A DNA stretch of 36,431 bases from positions 1-36,431 of the forward strand of contig CAXQAV010000496.1 of NCBI GenBank assembly GCA_964221795.1, read 5' to 3'. The notes below the pieces were generated by a model that was not told where the DNA came from, made no database searches, and saw only the letters and a list, made by a program, of their open reading frames with translations. Below are positions 1-9,912 of this stretch, piece after piece; within the stretch, counting starts at the first letter, position 1, and every line of letters begins with the position of its first letter. Source of the stretch: Luminiphilus sp. (GTDB lineage: Bacteria; Pseudomonadota; Alphaproteobacteria; Rhodobacterales; Rhodobacteraceae). The translations under genes and the position numbers were made by a program.

Positions 1-1330
1 GACGGCTCATCTGCCCCGCCCCGACGCCCACGGTGGCGTTGTCCTTCACATAGACGATGGCGTTGGATTTCACGTGCTTGGCAACTTTCCAGGCAAACAG
101 AAGATCCTGCATCTGCGCGTCGGTCGGTGCCTTGTCGGTGACCACTTTCAGGTCATCCATGCTGACGTAGCCCACATCCTTGTCCTGCACCAGCATGCCG
201 CCGGCCACCTGTTTGTAGGCGACGATGGGCTGACGCGGATCCGGCAGACCGTCGGTCAGCAGCAGGCGCAGGTTCTTCTTGGCGGCGAAGATTTCCTTGG
301 CTTCCTCGGACGCGCCGGGGGCGATCACCACTTCGGTGAAGATCTCGGTGATCTTCTTGGCGGTGTCCGCGTCGAGCGGCTGGTTCAGCGCCACGATGCC
401 GCCAAAGGCCGAGGTGCGGTCGCAGTCGAAGGCCTTCTGGTAGGCTTCCGCCAGAGTGGCGCCCTTGGCGACACCACAGGGGTTGGCGTGTTTGATGATG
501 GCCACAGCGGCGCTTTCGGCCGGGTCGAACTCGGCGACGAGTTCATAGGCTGCATCCGTGTGGTTGATGTTGTTGTAGGAAAGTTCCTTGCCCTGATGCT
601 GCACTGCTGTCGCCACACCGGGACGACCTGTGCCGTCCGTGTAAAAGGCGGCCGACTGATGGCTGTTCTCGCCGTAGCGCATGACTTGGCGGAAGGTGCC
701 GCTGAACGAGCGGCGGCGCGGTGTTGTGTCGCCAATCGCGCCAGTCATCCACGTGCTGACGGCGGTGTCATAGGCCGCGGTGCGGGCATAGGCGGTCTGC
801 GCCAGACGCTGACGCAGGGCCAGCGTCGTATGCCCGTCGTTGGCGTCAAGTTCGGCCAGCAGCGGGGCGTAGTCCTCGACATCGGTGACCACGCAAACAC
901 AGGCATGGTTCTTGGCGGCAGAGCGGATCATCGCAGGCCCGCCGATGTCGATGTTTTCGATACAGGTGTCAAAATCGGCACCTTTGGCGACGGTTGCCTC
1001 GAACGGGTAGAGGTTCACGACCACCAGATCGATCCCGCCAATGCCGTGCTCGGCCATGGCGTCGGTGTGGCTTTCCAGATCGCGGCGGGCAAGGATGCCG
1101 CCATGCACGACCGGATGCAGCGTCTTGACGCGGCCGTCCATCATCTCGGGGAAGCCGGTGACTTCTGCGACGTCTTTCACCTCCAGCCCCGCGTCACGCA
1201 GTGCCTTTGCCGAACCGCCGGTCGAGAGCAGTTCCACTCCCCGCGCGGCCAATGCCTTGCCCAGATCAATCAGGCCGGTTTTATCGGATACAGAAAGAAG
1301 CGCGCGGCGCAGCGGTGCAAGATCGGTCAT
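1..1330 (-). CDS. purH: Bifunctional AICAR transformylase/IMP cyclohydrolase, 3' end beyond the window edge
   Basis: Absent from the ORF track because there is no stop in the window. Manual translation from ATG 1330 gives [19 protein letters not shown]...LLSTGGS...GRVKTLHP...[10 protein letters not shown]...MRYGENSHQ...KHANPCG, all PurH motifs. Confidence 0.97.
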   Translation of the reverse strand, partial: MTDLAPLRRALLSVSDKTGLIDLGKALAARGVELLSTGGSAKALRDAGLEVKDVAEVTGFPEMMDGRVKTLHPVVHGGILARRDLESHTDAMAEHGIGGIDLVVVNLYPFEATVAKGADFDTCIENIDIGGPAMIRSAAKNHACVCVVTDVEDYAPLLAELDANDGHTTLALRQRLAQTAYARTAAYDTAVSTWMTGAIGDTTPRRRSFSGTFRQVMRYGENSHQSAAFYTDGTGRPGVATAVQHQGKELSYNNINHTDAAYELVAEFDPAESAAVAIIKHANPCGVAKGATLAEAYQKAFDCDRTSAFGGIVALNQPLDADTAKKITEIFTEVVIAPGASEEAKEIFAAKKNLRLLLTDGLPDPRQPIVAYKQVAGGMLVQDKDVGYVSMDDLKVVTDKAPTDAQMQDLLFAWKVAKHVKSNAIVYVKDNATVGVGAGQMSR

Positions 1331-1347
1331 AGAGGTCCCCAGAGTGA

Positions 1348-3111
1348 CTAGTCGGTCGCGTCCTGCGGGTCGGCGTCGGAGACATCACGCACAAAGCTCG
1401 GCGTGTCATCTGCTTTGGCCAGTGACCAGCGGACGCGTGTCGCATAGGCCAAAGCGTGACCGGATAAAACCATCTGTTGTGTCGCACGGGGCTTTAATCT
1501 GCCATTTTGCAGATAAACCGATGCCGAAAGCGTCAGTTTGGCCGTTCCATCATGCTGGAACACCCATGTCTCTCCCGATTTCAGCTGGAGAGAGGCCGCC
1601 TTTCCGGTGCTGTCGACATAGGCAGAGACATCCGGATGCAGATGGAATCGGATGGCATAGGGAATACCCGCATCAGCCGACGACTTGAGCACTTTGCTAA
1701 ACCGGGCTTTGTCCGCGTCTGTCAGTGTCGTGAGGATATCGTCGGCCTCAAGGGTCCGCCCGTCCACCGAAAGCGACAGGATACGCGCATGGGTCAGCCC
1801 GCGGGACGCCTGATAGCCGTCGTGCGAGAGTTCGAGTTTGCGGCCGGTGTCCGTCGCCGTGTCGTTGAAACGCACAAGTTGCGGCACCTCTTCCAGCAAC
1901 TCGCGCTGGGCACCGCTGCCTGACTTGGTGGCCAGATGCGAAGACGAAATGCCTTCGATCATCATGGTCGAGTGGCTCGGCGTCGCGCGGCTTGCGCGGC
2001 GCCATTCCTGCCCGAAGCGCGCGCCTGATCCGCAATTGACGATGACTGGCCGTCGCCCCGAGGTTAGCTCCATCGCAAGCGTGCTGGCATGGGCATCAGC
2101 AGAGGCCTCACCCGCTGGCGGGGGGGCGGCATCAACGATGATCGTGGTGCGACCGCTGCTCAGCCGTGCATAGCCCATATGCAGGTCATGGGTCGGAGGC
2201 GTTCTGACACCTGCATTGGCAAGGGCTGCATCTAGCCGGCCTTCGATGCCGCTGCCCCCCCCGTGGAACCGCGCCAGTCCGCCATCCGCGTGCCGGAGCG
2301 CCCGCAGAACCGGTGCGATGCGCGTGATCGCGGCGGTGATCGGCTCGGGGACGGGGTGGTCGTTTTCACTCAGGATATCGCGGGTCCAGTTCAGCAGGCT
2401 CAGGACCTCGAGCAATTCTTCGGGATTGCGGTTGGCTATTCCGCCTTTTGGGTCGATCTGGGTGTCACAATCAGTGGCAAGTGCCACGACCGCCCCCGCG
2501 ATATGCTCCTTCATCCCTTCCAGCGACAGGCCCGCATAGATGGTGCCTGCCAGAGCCTCGAACCGCCGGATGCCGGGTGAGGTCGCAGGCCAGCGGCCGG
2601 ACAGGAAAAGGGTCTGCTGGCCCATGCATTGGAAGAACCGTGCGGCAGCGGCCTTGTCCTGACTGCGCATCAGGAAATAACCGTGGTTGATCCAGCGGAT
2701 CAGTCGGCGGCCCGTGATCCCCGGTGTCCAACCCGGACCGCGCCCGTCGCCAAAGCGTTCGATCCATTCGCTGACCCAAGCCTGCGCTTTGCTCCGCGCG
2801 CGGTCGTCGCCGACGGCGGCCAGATCGTCCAGCCACCCGCAGCCGTGTATCTCGTCGCTCACAGAGGGGTTGTGCGCAGCCACATCCCAGATCGATGTGT
2901 TGGGTTCTTCCACCAAGAGGCCGGAAAACAGGAAGTTGCCTTCGAGAAGTTGCTTGCCGCGGGCCACAACGCCAATCGTCCGCGGATCGGGCACTGTAAC
3001 AAAAGCGGTGTCGATGGCGCTTTTGGCCGCGCGGCGTGCGTGGCGGCGGTGCATAAAGCGCGTTCCGCTGTCACGGAGCTTTTTGAACTGGGCCAACTGC
3101 GGCTGCCTCAC
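1348..3111 (-). CDS. Heparinase II/III family protein
   Basis: 587-aa ORF with [35 protein letters not shown] and RATPSHST motifs typical of this alphaproteobacterial family next to purH. Exact start uncertain. Confidence 0.8.
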   Translation of the reverse strand: MRQPQLAQFKKLRDSGTRFMHRRHARRAAKSAIDTAFVTVPDPRTIGVVARGKQLLEGNFLFSGLLVEEPNTSIWDVAAHNPSVSDEIHGCGWLDDLAAVGDDRARSKAQAWVSEWIERFGDGRGPGWTPGITGRRLIRWINHGYFLMRSQDKAAAARFFQCMGQQTLFLSGRWPATSPGIRRFEALAGTIYAGLSLEGMKEHIAGAVVALATDCDTQIDPKGGIANRNPEELLEVLSLLNWTRDILSENDHPVPEPITAAITRIAPVLRALRHADGGLARFHGGGSGIEGRLDAALANAGVRTPPTHDLHMGYARLSSGRTTIIVDAAPPPAGEASADAHASTLAMELTSGRRPVIVNCGSGARFGQEWRRASRATPSHSTMMIEGISSSHLATKSGSGAQRELLEEVPQLVRFNDTATDTGRKLELSHDGYQASRGLTHARILSLSVDGRTLEADDILTTLTDADKARFSKVLKSSADAGIPYAIRFHLHPDVSAYVDSTGKAASLQLKSGETWVFQHDGTAKLTLSASVYLQNGRLKPRATQQMVLSGHALAYATRVRWSLAKADDTPSFVRDVSDADPQDATD

Positions 3112-3167
3112 TCTTGATCGTCACAGGGTGTTTGCGGGGCAGAGCATAGGAAAACGATTTTGCGAAG

Positions 3168-4448
3168 TCACGCAGGCTTTCGCAGGGTGCAGATATAGAA
3201 GCCGTCCATGCCGCCCAGATCGGGCCAGTAATCGGGGCGCAGGCGCAAACCGCCTTCGAGTGTCTTCCATGCCGGGTCAATCCCTGGCAGGTCGCAAGCG
3301 TCAGCAATCACTTCAAGATCGGGGTGCCTTGCGAGGGCTTCCTCAATCTGAACCTCGCCCTCATCCGGCAGCAGCGAGCAGGTACAGAACACCAGCCGCC
3401 CGCCCGGTTTCAGGAGGCCAAGCGCGTGATCAATCAGGGCTTCCTGCTGGTCGATCAATGCCCCGAACTCTGCCCCGTCTTTGGCATAGGGCAGGTCGGG
3501 ATGCCGCCGGATGGTGCCGGTCGCCGAACAGGGCGCATCCAGAAGGACGGCGTCAAATCCGCCTTCGTCAAATGCAAAGGCGTCACAGACAACCGTTCTC
3601 ACCTTCAGCCCTGTGCGGTCAAGGTTGGCCGCGATACGCTGCATCCGGTTCTCAGAGATATCGACCGCCGTTACGTCTGCACGACCTGCCGCAAGCTGCA
3701 TCGTCTTGCCACCTGGTGCCGCGCAGAGGTCAAGGATGCGCAAACCAGCCACATCACCCATGGTTTTCACCGGAACAGCCGCCGCCGCATCCTGCACCCA
3801 CCAATCGCCCGCCTCATATCCGGCGAGGGTGGTCACCTGACCTGCTGCATGCAAACGCACGGAACCGGTCGGCAGCAGCGTGCCGCCAACGGCCTCGGCC
3901 ACTTTCTGCGGATCACCCGTCGCAGTCAGATCGAGTGGCGCGCCCGCGAAATGCGCGGCTTCAATCGCTGTAACGGCCTCGCGGCCCCATGCCGCCACAA
4001 GCGGCTGGCGAAGCCAACCGGGGGTCAGCGGAATCGGGCGTTCCGCCCATGCAGCCGGCCCAAGATCAGCCATCTTGCGCAGCACCGCGTTGACCAGCCC
4101 TTTCATGGAAGCGGTCCGTTTGTTGCGCGCCACGATCTCAACGTAGGCATTGACGACACCATGGGCCGCCTCGCCGCTGCAGATCTCAACCGTGCCCAAT
4201 CGCAGGGCGTTCATGACGTGCGGGGGAGGGGCCTTTTTCAGAAAAGGTTTGAGCATCCTGTCCGCACGGTCCAACCCGCGCAGGGCCTCGGTGGCAAGGC
4301 GCTGGGCACGGGCGCGGTCCTCGTTTTCCAGCCGCGCCAGCGCCCCTGCGCCGACCAGTTCTGACATAAGGCGGCCCTGGCCTGTGATCTGCATGAGCAG
4401 ATGATGCGCAGAACGGCGGGCGGGCAGACCGGATTGATCCATGGGCAC
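3168..4448 (-). CDS. rsmB: RsmB/NOP family rRNA m5C methyltransferase with NusB-like N-terminus
   Basis: DLCAAPGGKT SAM-binding motif, DAPCSATG and TCSL catalytic Cys motifs. Start is GTG 4448 or ATG 4442. Confidence 0.9.
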   Translation of the reverse strand: MPMDQSGLPARRSAHHLLMQITGQGRLMSELVGAGALARLENEDRARAQRLATEALRGLDRADRMLKPFLKKAPPPHVMNALRLGTVEICSGEAAHGVVNAYVEIVARNKRTASMKGLVNAVLRKMADLGPAAWAERPIPLTPGWLRQPLVAAWGREAVTAIEAAHFAGAPLDLTATGDPQKVAEAVGGTLLPTGSVRLHAAGQVTTLAGYEAGDWWVQDAAAAVPVKTMGDVAGLRILDLCAAPGGKTMQLAAGRADVTAVDISENRMQRIAANLDRTGLKVRTVVCDAFAFDEGGFDAVLLDAPCSATGTIRRHPDLPYAKDGAEFGALIDQQEALIDHALGLLKPGGRLVFCTCSLLPDEGEVQIEEALARHPDLEVIADACDLPGIDPAWKTLEGGLRLRPDYWPDLGGMDGFYICTLRKPA

Positions 4449-4512
4449 TCACTTGAAGCTAGCTGTGCGGGGGGTATATCACAAAGGCACCCACGACAAG
4501 GAGCGCGACCCC

Positions 4513-4689
4513 GTGACCGAGACCGCGAAAGATCTGCCACCAGCCGCCCAGCGCGCGCTTGCCGAGGCCGAAGAGCGCCGGAAGAAAGCCAAGGCGGCCG
4601 AGATGCCGACCGAACTGGGCGGTCGCGACGGACCCGAGCCCGTACGCTTTGGCGACTGGGAAAAGAAGGGTATCGCGGTCGATTTCTAG
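4513..4689 (+). CDS. DUF1674 small protein (SDHAF4/Sdh8-like)
   Basis: C-terminal ELGGRDGPEPVRFGDWEKKGIAVDF signature. AAGGAG precedes GTG 4513, a better start than 4441. Confidence 0.9.
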   Translation: MTETAKDLPPAAQRALAEAEERRKKAKAAEMPTELGGRDGPEPVRFGDWEKKGIAVDF

Positions 4690-4818
4690 GAACGGCTGAT
4701 CAACTGCGTCCAGCAAACGCGCTTGAGTGATCTTCGATGCTTGTGAATCGCGCCACAGCCTGTAATTTGCCTTAGGCTGAAAGAGGGGATCGACCGTGCT
4801 GGCAAACGACTTTTCGCA

Positions 4819-5898
4819 GTGACCGTCTGTCTTGCGCTGGCTGCTTGTGGCCTTCCCCGCAGCGCCGGTTTCCAGACCGAAGTTCTAGCCGCTGCCAATC
4901 CTTTTGCGCCCTTGCCCGAAGATGGTGAACTCTACGGCTTTGCCTATTACGAAGTGAACCGTCAGACCCTGCCGACGATACGGGCAAGGGCCACACCGAG
5001 CGATGCCCCACTGCCTTGGCCTGTGGCGCAAGATCAGCCTGCATCTCTGATCATCGCACCGGGTGACATGGTTCAGCTGACAATCTGGGACGCCGAGGAA
5101 AACTCGATCTTCGGAGGTGGCGGCGTGACGCCCCTGCAGGCGATCGAGGTTGACCCGAGCGGCCGCATCTTTGTGCCCTTCATCGGTGAACTGCGTGTTG
5201 CAGGCATGTCCCCGACGACAGCGCGCCAGCGGATCGAGGAAGAACTGGTCAGGACAGTGCCATCCGCGCAGGTCCAGATCGTCGTCGAGCCAGTTGGCAG
5301 CAATACGGCCAATCTCTCGACCGGTTTTGCCGGGAGTGGTCTGTTCCCGATCCCGCAGCGCAACTACCGCGGCCTTGATCTCTTTTCACAGGCCGGCGGA
5401 CCCAACCCTTCGTTTGAAGAGCCGCAAATACGGCTTGTGCGCGGTGGCCGGACCTACGGGGTATCATTCGACCGCCTGACGACTGATCCCAGCCTGAATA
5501 TTCCCGTGCGCGGCGGCGACCGCTTCTATGTGGTCGACGAAGAGCGCAAGTTCATTGCGCTCGGGGCGACCGGAACCCAGTCAATTGTGGACTTCCCCGA
5601 ACCAGATCTTTCCGCGCTTGAAGCGATCGCATTTCTCGGGGGCGTCAGCGGCTCGGCGAACCCCGAAAGCATCCTGATCCTGCGCGAATATGAGGCGCAT
5701 GAGGTCCGCGATGGTGTGACCGGCCCGCCGCAGGAGCGCGTCGTCTTCATTGTCGATATCACCAGCGCCGATGGCCTCTTCTCGGCAGGGCGGTTCATGA
5801 TCGAGGATGGTGATCTGGTCTATGGCACCGAAAGTGCCCTTGGTCCGTTCCTGACGGCGCTCGGCCTGACCCGAACTGTGAGCAGTTCGCTGAATTAG
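4819..5898 (+). CDS. Polysaccharide export outer-membrane lipoprotein (Wza/OPX family)
   Basis: Lipobox LAAC-GLPRSAG, Poly_export motif IAPGDMVQLTIW...VDPSGRIFVPFIG, SLBB-like C-terminal part. True start probably upstream (see findings). Confidence 0.85.
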   Translation: MTVCLALAACGLPRSAGFQTEVLAAANPFAPLPEDGELYGFAYYEVNRQTLPTIRARATPSDAPLPWPVAQDQPASLIIAPGDMVQLTIWDAEENSIFGGGGVTPLQAIEVDPSGRIFVPFIGELRVAGMSPTTARQRIEEELVRTVPSAQVQIVVEPVGSNTANLSTGFAGSGLFPIPQRNYRGLDLFSQAGGPNPSFEEPQIRLVRGGRTYGVSFDRLTTDPSLNIPVRGGDRFYVVDEERKFIALGATGTQSIVDFPEPDLSALEAIAFLGGVSGSANPESILILREYEAHEVRDGVTGPPQERVVFIVDITSADGLFSAGRFMIEDGDLVYGTESALGPFLTALGLTRTVSSSLN

Positions 5899-5903
5899 CG
5901 TGG

Positions 5904-8066
5904 TCAGAACAGAGACATATCGTCGGCCAGACCGGCAAAGTCGAAAACGTTCTCGAGGAACAACGTGTCACCGGTGTCAAAGGTGATCAGCGTGCCTTGG
6001 CTGTTTGCGGAGGCATAAAGCTGCAACAGGTCGGCGGCCGCGGTCAGACCGGTCCAGAGCCGTGCGTCCAGTTCGAGCATGTCTTCACCCAATGCAAAAT
6101 CATCAATGATGTCGTGACCGGCGTTAAAGACAAATTTGTCGGTGCCGCTGCCTCCCGACAGCCAGTCATCACCGGCTCCGCCTTTGAGGGTGTCATTGCC
6201 GATGCCGCCCATCAGCCGGTCGGCGCCATCGCCCCCCAGCAGAAAATCATCGCCCGAACCACCAAAGACAAGGTCGTTCCCCGGCCCTGCATCCACGGTG
6301 TCATTGCCAGCCTTCGCAAGCAGCAGGTCATCACCATCCGTCCCGATGAGCACTTGGCCGATGTCTGTCCCATTGATCGTGGGCGACCCACTTTGCCCGC
6401 CGAGCTTTCCGCCGATTGCGCCAAAGACGGCATCGGACACCAGCGCCTCGGCCAGAAAGGGTGGCAAGTCTGCCTCGGGCGGCAGCGGTGGTGGTCCACC
6501 GTTTGGGTCGGGCGCAGGCGTCGGCGGTCCCGGATACCCCGGTTCAATGCTGGCTGACAGCCGTAACCCTCCGATCAGGTCGTTGGTGCTCAGTGTCCGG
6601 TAGTCGATCGTATTGCTGTCCGCGCTCCGGACGATCAGGAGCTCGTCACCATAGCGGATTTCCATCCCGTCCACGGTCAGACGCATGATCAGTTGCGAGA
6701 TATCCCGCAAGAGCGGCCAGAGCGACAGATCAATTCTATCCTCGCCCTGCTGGAAATCGGTGATCGTATCCACCGCACCATCCGCCGACATCAGAAACAC
6801 ATCCGCACCCGCACCACCCGCAAGTATGTCCGCGCCCGCGCCGTCCGTCAGGATATCGTCGCCATCGCCAGCACTCAGGATGTCGTCCCCTGCAAGCCCT
6901 TGCAGCACATGAAACCCTGCCGTGCCGACAACGGTCCCGCCACCCGCCGAGGCAATTGCTGTGACGCCTGACTGCCCCGTCTGATAGCGCAGATTTGTCA
7001 CCCCTACCTCGCTGCTACTGGCCACAAAGAGGTCAAGTCCCGTCGCGGACAAGAGCGGCGAGGCAGCAATGGCGCTGATGTTGTCCAACCCGATCTCGTC
7101 GGTGTCGGCAAAAGATGCCCTGTGGATCAGGACACCCCCTTCGATCAGGACAAAGACCGACACCCCGTCATCGGCGCCGCCCGCGATCACGTATGTCTTG
7201 CCATCCTTCTCGACGACATCGATGGCAGTGATCCCGCCAAACCGGGTATCGCGGCTGTCCATCAGGTGATCTCGCAGGATCATGCTGCCGTCCTGATCCA
7301 GTTCGATCACGCTGAGGCTCTGGCTGCCAGCAGAACCAAGAATGAGATAGGTCGCCCCGTCTACCTCTGCGCTGGCCAGCACAGAGGGCGCACTGATCCA
7401 GAGCCCGTCCTCGGTTCCCATGGTTGTGGGCGCACCAAGGCTGCCGTCACCAGCGATGCTGCGCACAGCGGTCCCGTTCTGGGCGGTGCTGGCCGTGACA
7501 AGGAAGGCTTGCCCACCGACCTCCGCGATGGTCAGGGCAGAGATCTGTGCCATCGTATCGATTTCGGGATCGGCCAGTACCGCATGTCCGGTCATCGCGC
7601 CTGTGGCATCAAAGCTCACCCGCCTGATTCCCGATTGCCCTGCAAAGCTGCCGTAGACCGTCGTTGAGCTTCCGTCGGTATGAATGGCAGGGTTCTGGAA
7701 GGCATCGAAATCCGCAGGGAGTGCCGTGAGTGGCGCGGCTGCACCAAGGCTCAGGTCAGGCTGCAGCGCGACGCCCTGCCACCTGCCGCCCGTCACGCCA
7801 CCTGTCAGCAGGTCCAGCCCGCCTCCCGCAGGGATCACGGCCAGAGACCCCGTGCCGCCTGCCGCAAGCGGGCCCTCGAAATCAAGAGCGTCACCCAGCG
7901 CCAGACCCGACGCCGACACATCCCAGTGCTGCAAGAGGCCGTCATAGCGTGTGACGCTGAACAGGGACACGGTGCCGAGATGATCAACGATCAACAGGTC
8001 GGTGATGCGCGAATGGCTCAGGCTGTCCGCGCTGGCCAGATAGTCGACAAGATCAATCCGAGACAT
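5904..8066 (-). CDS. RTX/hemolysin-type calcium-binding secreted protein
   Basis: Two blocks of GGxGxDxLxG nonapeptides (e.g. AGDGDDILTDGAGADILAGGAGAD; GGSGDDFLLGGDGADRLMGGIGNDTLKGGAGDDWL), DTITDF motifs, Pro-rich linker, no signal peptide. Confidence 0.88.
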   Translation of the reverse strand: MSRIDLVDYLASADSLSHSRITDLLIVDHLGTVSLFSVTRYDGLLQHWDVSASGLALGDALDFEGPLAAGGTGSLAVIPAGGGLDLLTGGVTGGRWQGVALQPDLSLGAAAPLTALPADFDAFQNPAIHTDGSSTTVYGSFAGQSGIRRVSFDATGAMTGHAVLADPEIDTMAQISALTIAEVGGQAFLVTASTAQNGTAVRSIAGDGSLGAPTTMGTEDGLWISAPSVLASAEVDGATYLILGSAGSQSLSVIELDQDGSMILRDHLMDSRDTRFGGITAIDVVEKDGKTYVIAGGADDGVSVFVLIEGGVLIHRASFADTDEIGLDNISAIAASPLLSATGLDLFVASSSEVGVTNLRYQTGQSGVTAIASAGGGTVVGTAGFHVLQGLAGDDILSAGDGDDILTDGAGADILAGGAGADVFLMSADGAVDTITDFQQGEDRIDLSLWPLLRDISQLIMRLTVDGMEIRYGDELLIVRSADSNTIDYRTLSTNDLIGGLRLSASIEPGYPGPPTPAPDPNGGPPPLPPEADLPPFLAEALVSDAVFGAIGGKLGGQSGSPTINGTDIGQVLIGTDGDDLLLAKAGNDTVDAGPGNDLVFGGSGDDFLLGGDGADRLMGGIGNDTLKGGAGDDWLSGGSGTDKFVFNAGHDIIDDFALGEDMLELDARLWTGLTAAADLLQLYASANSQGTLITFDTGDTLFLENVFDFAGLADDMSLF

Positions 8067-8137
8067 CCCGCCTCCGCAGTTTCTCCGCGGGATGGGTCTA
8101 GCGGTCCAAGATTAATAGGCCGCAAAGATAGGCGGGA

Positions 8138-9154
8138 TCACTCCTTGCCGTAGCCGTCAGGGTTCTTCGACTGCCAATGCCAGCTGCTTGCCACCATATC
8201 CTGCAGTTTCATCTGCGCCTGCCAGCCAAGGACTGCCTTGGCTTTCGCTGGATTGGCGTTGAACGCGGCAATATCGCCCGCGCGGCGTGGTGCAATCCTT
8301 GTGGGAATGGTCCTGCCGCTCGCTGCTTCAAAAGCCGCGACCATTTCTTTGACGCTGTATTTCTGTCCGGTGCCGATGTTGAACACATCTGCACCCGTCG
8401 AAGCGCTGGCATATTCAATTGCCGCGACATGCGCTTTTGCCAGGTCAACAACGTGGATGTAGTCACGCTGCCCCGTTCCGTCCGGCGTGTCGTAGTCATC
8501 GCCAAAGATGCTCAGCACGTCGCGCTTGCCGACGGCGACCTGAGTGATGAAGGGCATGAGGTTGTTCGGGATGTCGTTCGGATCTTCGCCGATATCGCCG
8601 GACTCATGGGCGCCGACCGGATTGAAATACCGCAAGGCGATTGCAGAGGTGTCTGGCGTGGCCTTGGCCCAATCCCGCAAGACCTCTTCGGCCATCAGTT
8701 TTGTACGGCCATAGACCGAGGCGGGGGCAGTAGTATGCACTTCATCGTATGGAAGATACTTCGGTTCGCCGTAGACCGTCGCCGAAGACGAAAAGATGAT
8801 GCGCTTGCATCCCGCCCGATCCATCGCGCGCAACAGCGCCAGCGTGCCGCCGACATTTGTCTCGTAGTAGGCGAGCGGCTTTTCCTCGCCCTCTCCCACA
8901 GCTTTGAGGCCCGCGAAATGGATCACGGCCTCCGATGCGAATTCCGCAAAGACCGCATCGAGACCCGCCGCATCGCGCACGTCACCGCGCACATCCATTA
9001 TCTTGCCGTTCGACAGGGTGCGGACCCGCGTAAGCGCCTTTGGGCTGGAATTGCAGTAGTTGTCATAGACGCAGACCTCATGGCCCTGCGCCATCAACTC
9101 CAGCACTGTGTGGCTGCCAATGTATCCTGCCCCGCCTGTGACCAGCACGCGCAT
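8138..9154 (-). CDS. galE: UDP-glucose 4-epimerase
   Basis: GGAGYIGSH, IHFAGLKAVGE, FSSSATVYG, YGRTK, LRYFNPVGAH and RDYIHVVDLA motifs. Confidence 0.97.
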   Translation of the reverse strand: MRVLVTGGAGYIGSHTVLELMAQGHEVCVYDNYCNSSPKALTRVRTLSNGKIMDVRGDVRDAAGLDAVFAEFASEAVIHFAGLKAVGEGEEKPLAYYETNVGGTLALLRAMDRAGCKRIIFSSSATVYGEPKYLPYDEVHTTAPASVYGRTKLMAEEVLRDWAKATPDTSAIALRYFNPVGAHESGDIGEDPNDIPNNLMPFITQVAVGKRDVLSIFGDDYDTPDGTGQRDYIHVVDLAKAHVAAIEYASASTGADVFNIGTGQKYSVKEMVAAFEAASGRTIPTRIAPRRAGDIAAFNANPAKAKAVLGWQAQMKLQDMVASSWHWQSKNPDGYGKE

Positions 9155-9212
9155 GCTTTACCTCATTGTCTGTTGGAAGGTTGTCTAGGGAAAATAGCAG
9201 GCTCACGCAATC

Positions 9213-9228
9213 TTAGGGATCAGTTAAC
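9213..9228 (+). promoter_or_regulatory. CtrA-box-like site TTAG-N7-TTAAC
   Basis: TTAG-ggatcag-TTAAC, one mismatch to TTAA-N7-TTAAC, in the galE/DUF2793 divergent gap. Confidence 0.55.
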
Positions 9229-9306
9229 GGAAGGACGCAGGTGCAGGACTGTCTTGAGGATTTGGCGCACAAGGTCGGCTGTCGAAACCCAAAAGAGAGA
9301 CCACCC

Positions 9307-9660
9307 ATGTCACAAGAAACCCCCAAGCTCGGCCTGCCCGTCATGATGCCCGCGCAGGCGCAAAAGCATATCACCCACAATGCGGCGCTGGAGTTGCTCG
9401 ATCTCGCTGTCCAACTCACGCTGGAAAGTGACGCAGCCAGCACGGCGCCCACGTCACCGGCCGAAGGCGAAAGCTGGGCGGTACCGGCGGGTGCGACGGG
9501 TGTCTGGTCCGGTCAGGGTGGCAAGATCGCATCATGGCGGGGCGGCGGCTGGCTATTTGTTGTGCCGCAGGACGGGTGGCTTGCATGGTGCAAGAATGAT
9601 GCAGCCCTCAAGGTGCGTCATGCCGGGGCATGGCAAGTGCTTGCGACACCGTCGATCTAG
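9307..9660 (+). CDS. DUF2793 domain protein, 117 aa, stand-alone
   Basis: TPKLGLPVMMPAQAQKHITHNAALELLD...WSGQGGKIASW...GWLFVVPQDGWLAW matches the DUF2793 signature. ATG 9307 follows a purine-rich AAAGAGAG. Confidence 0.88.
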   Translation: MSQETPKLGLPVMMPAQAQKHITHNAALELLDLAVQLTLESDAASTAPTSPAEGESWAVPAGATGVWSGQGGKIASWRGGGWLFVVPQDGWLAWCKNDAALKVRHAGAWQVLATPSI

Positions 9661-9733
9661 GCTGAAAGCCCCGAATCTGACCCTTGTTTTGATCTGATCT
9701 GGCCGAATACGGACCGCAGATCAAGCAAATGCC

Positions 9734-9763
9734 AAAAAAACGTGCAGCCCGAGAGGCTGCGCG
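9734..9763. terminator. Hairpin, possible intrinsic terminator
   Basis: A7 tract followed by CGTGCAGCC-cgaga-GGCTGCGCG. The U-tract lies on the minus strand. Confidence 0.45.
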
Positions 9764-9884
9764 CCAATCTCCTGTTTTGCAGCGATGACCTAGAAAACCA
9801 AGGTATCCGCGTCCTTTAGGGCCAAAGCCAGCGATACTGCTGCAAACTTGCGCTGTTCTGTCGCGAAATCTTCGGCCAGAGTGC

Positions 9885-9912
9885 TTGCGACACCAAATCT
9901 CCTCTGCTACAT
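9885..9912 (+). promoter_or_regulatory. Putative sigma70 promoter of the atp operon
   Basis: TTGCGA-N16-CTACAT about 110 nt upstream of atpH. Confidence 0.45.

Noticed and set aside
1331-1347. Possible ZTP riboswitch upstream of purH
   Set aside because: Only 17 nt separate purH from the upstream gene; no room or motif.
74-1351. 425-aa plus-strand ORF
   Set aside because: Antisense shadow of purH, which has clear motifs on the minus strand.
8101-8126. TTAA upstream of the RTX gene as another CtrA box
   Set aside because: No matching half-site at 7-nt spacing on either side.
9307-9660. Prophage remnant
   Set aside because: No integrase, terminase, capsid or other phage genes nearby; a lone DUF2793 gene does not define a prophage.
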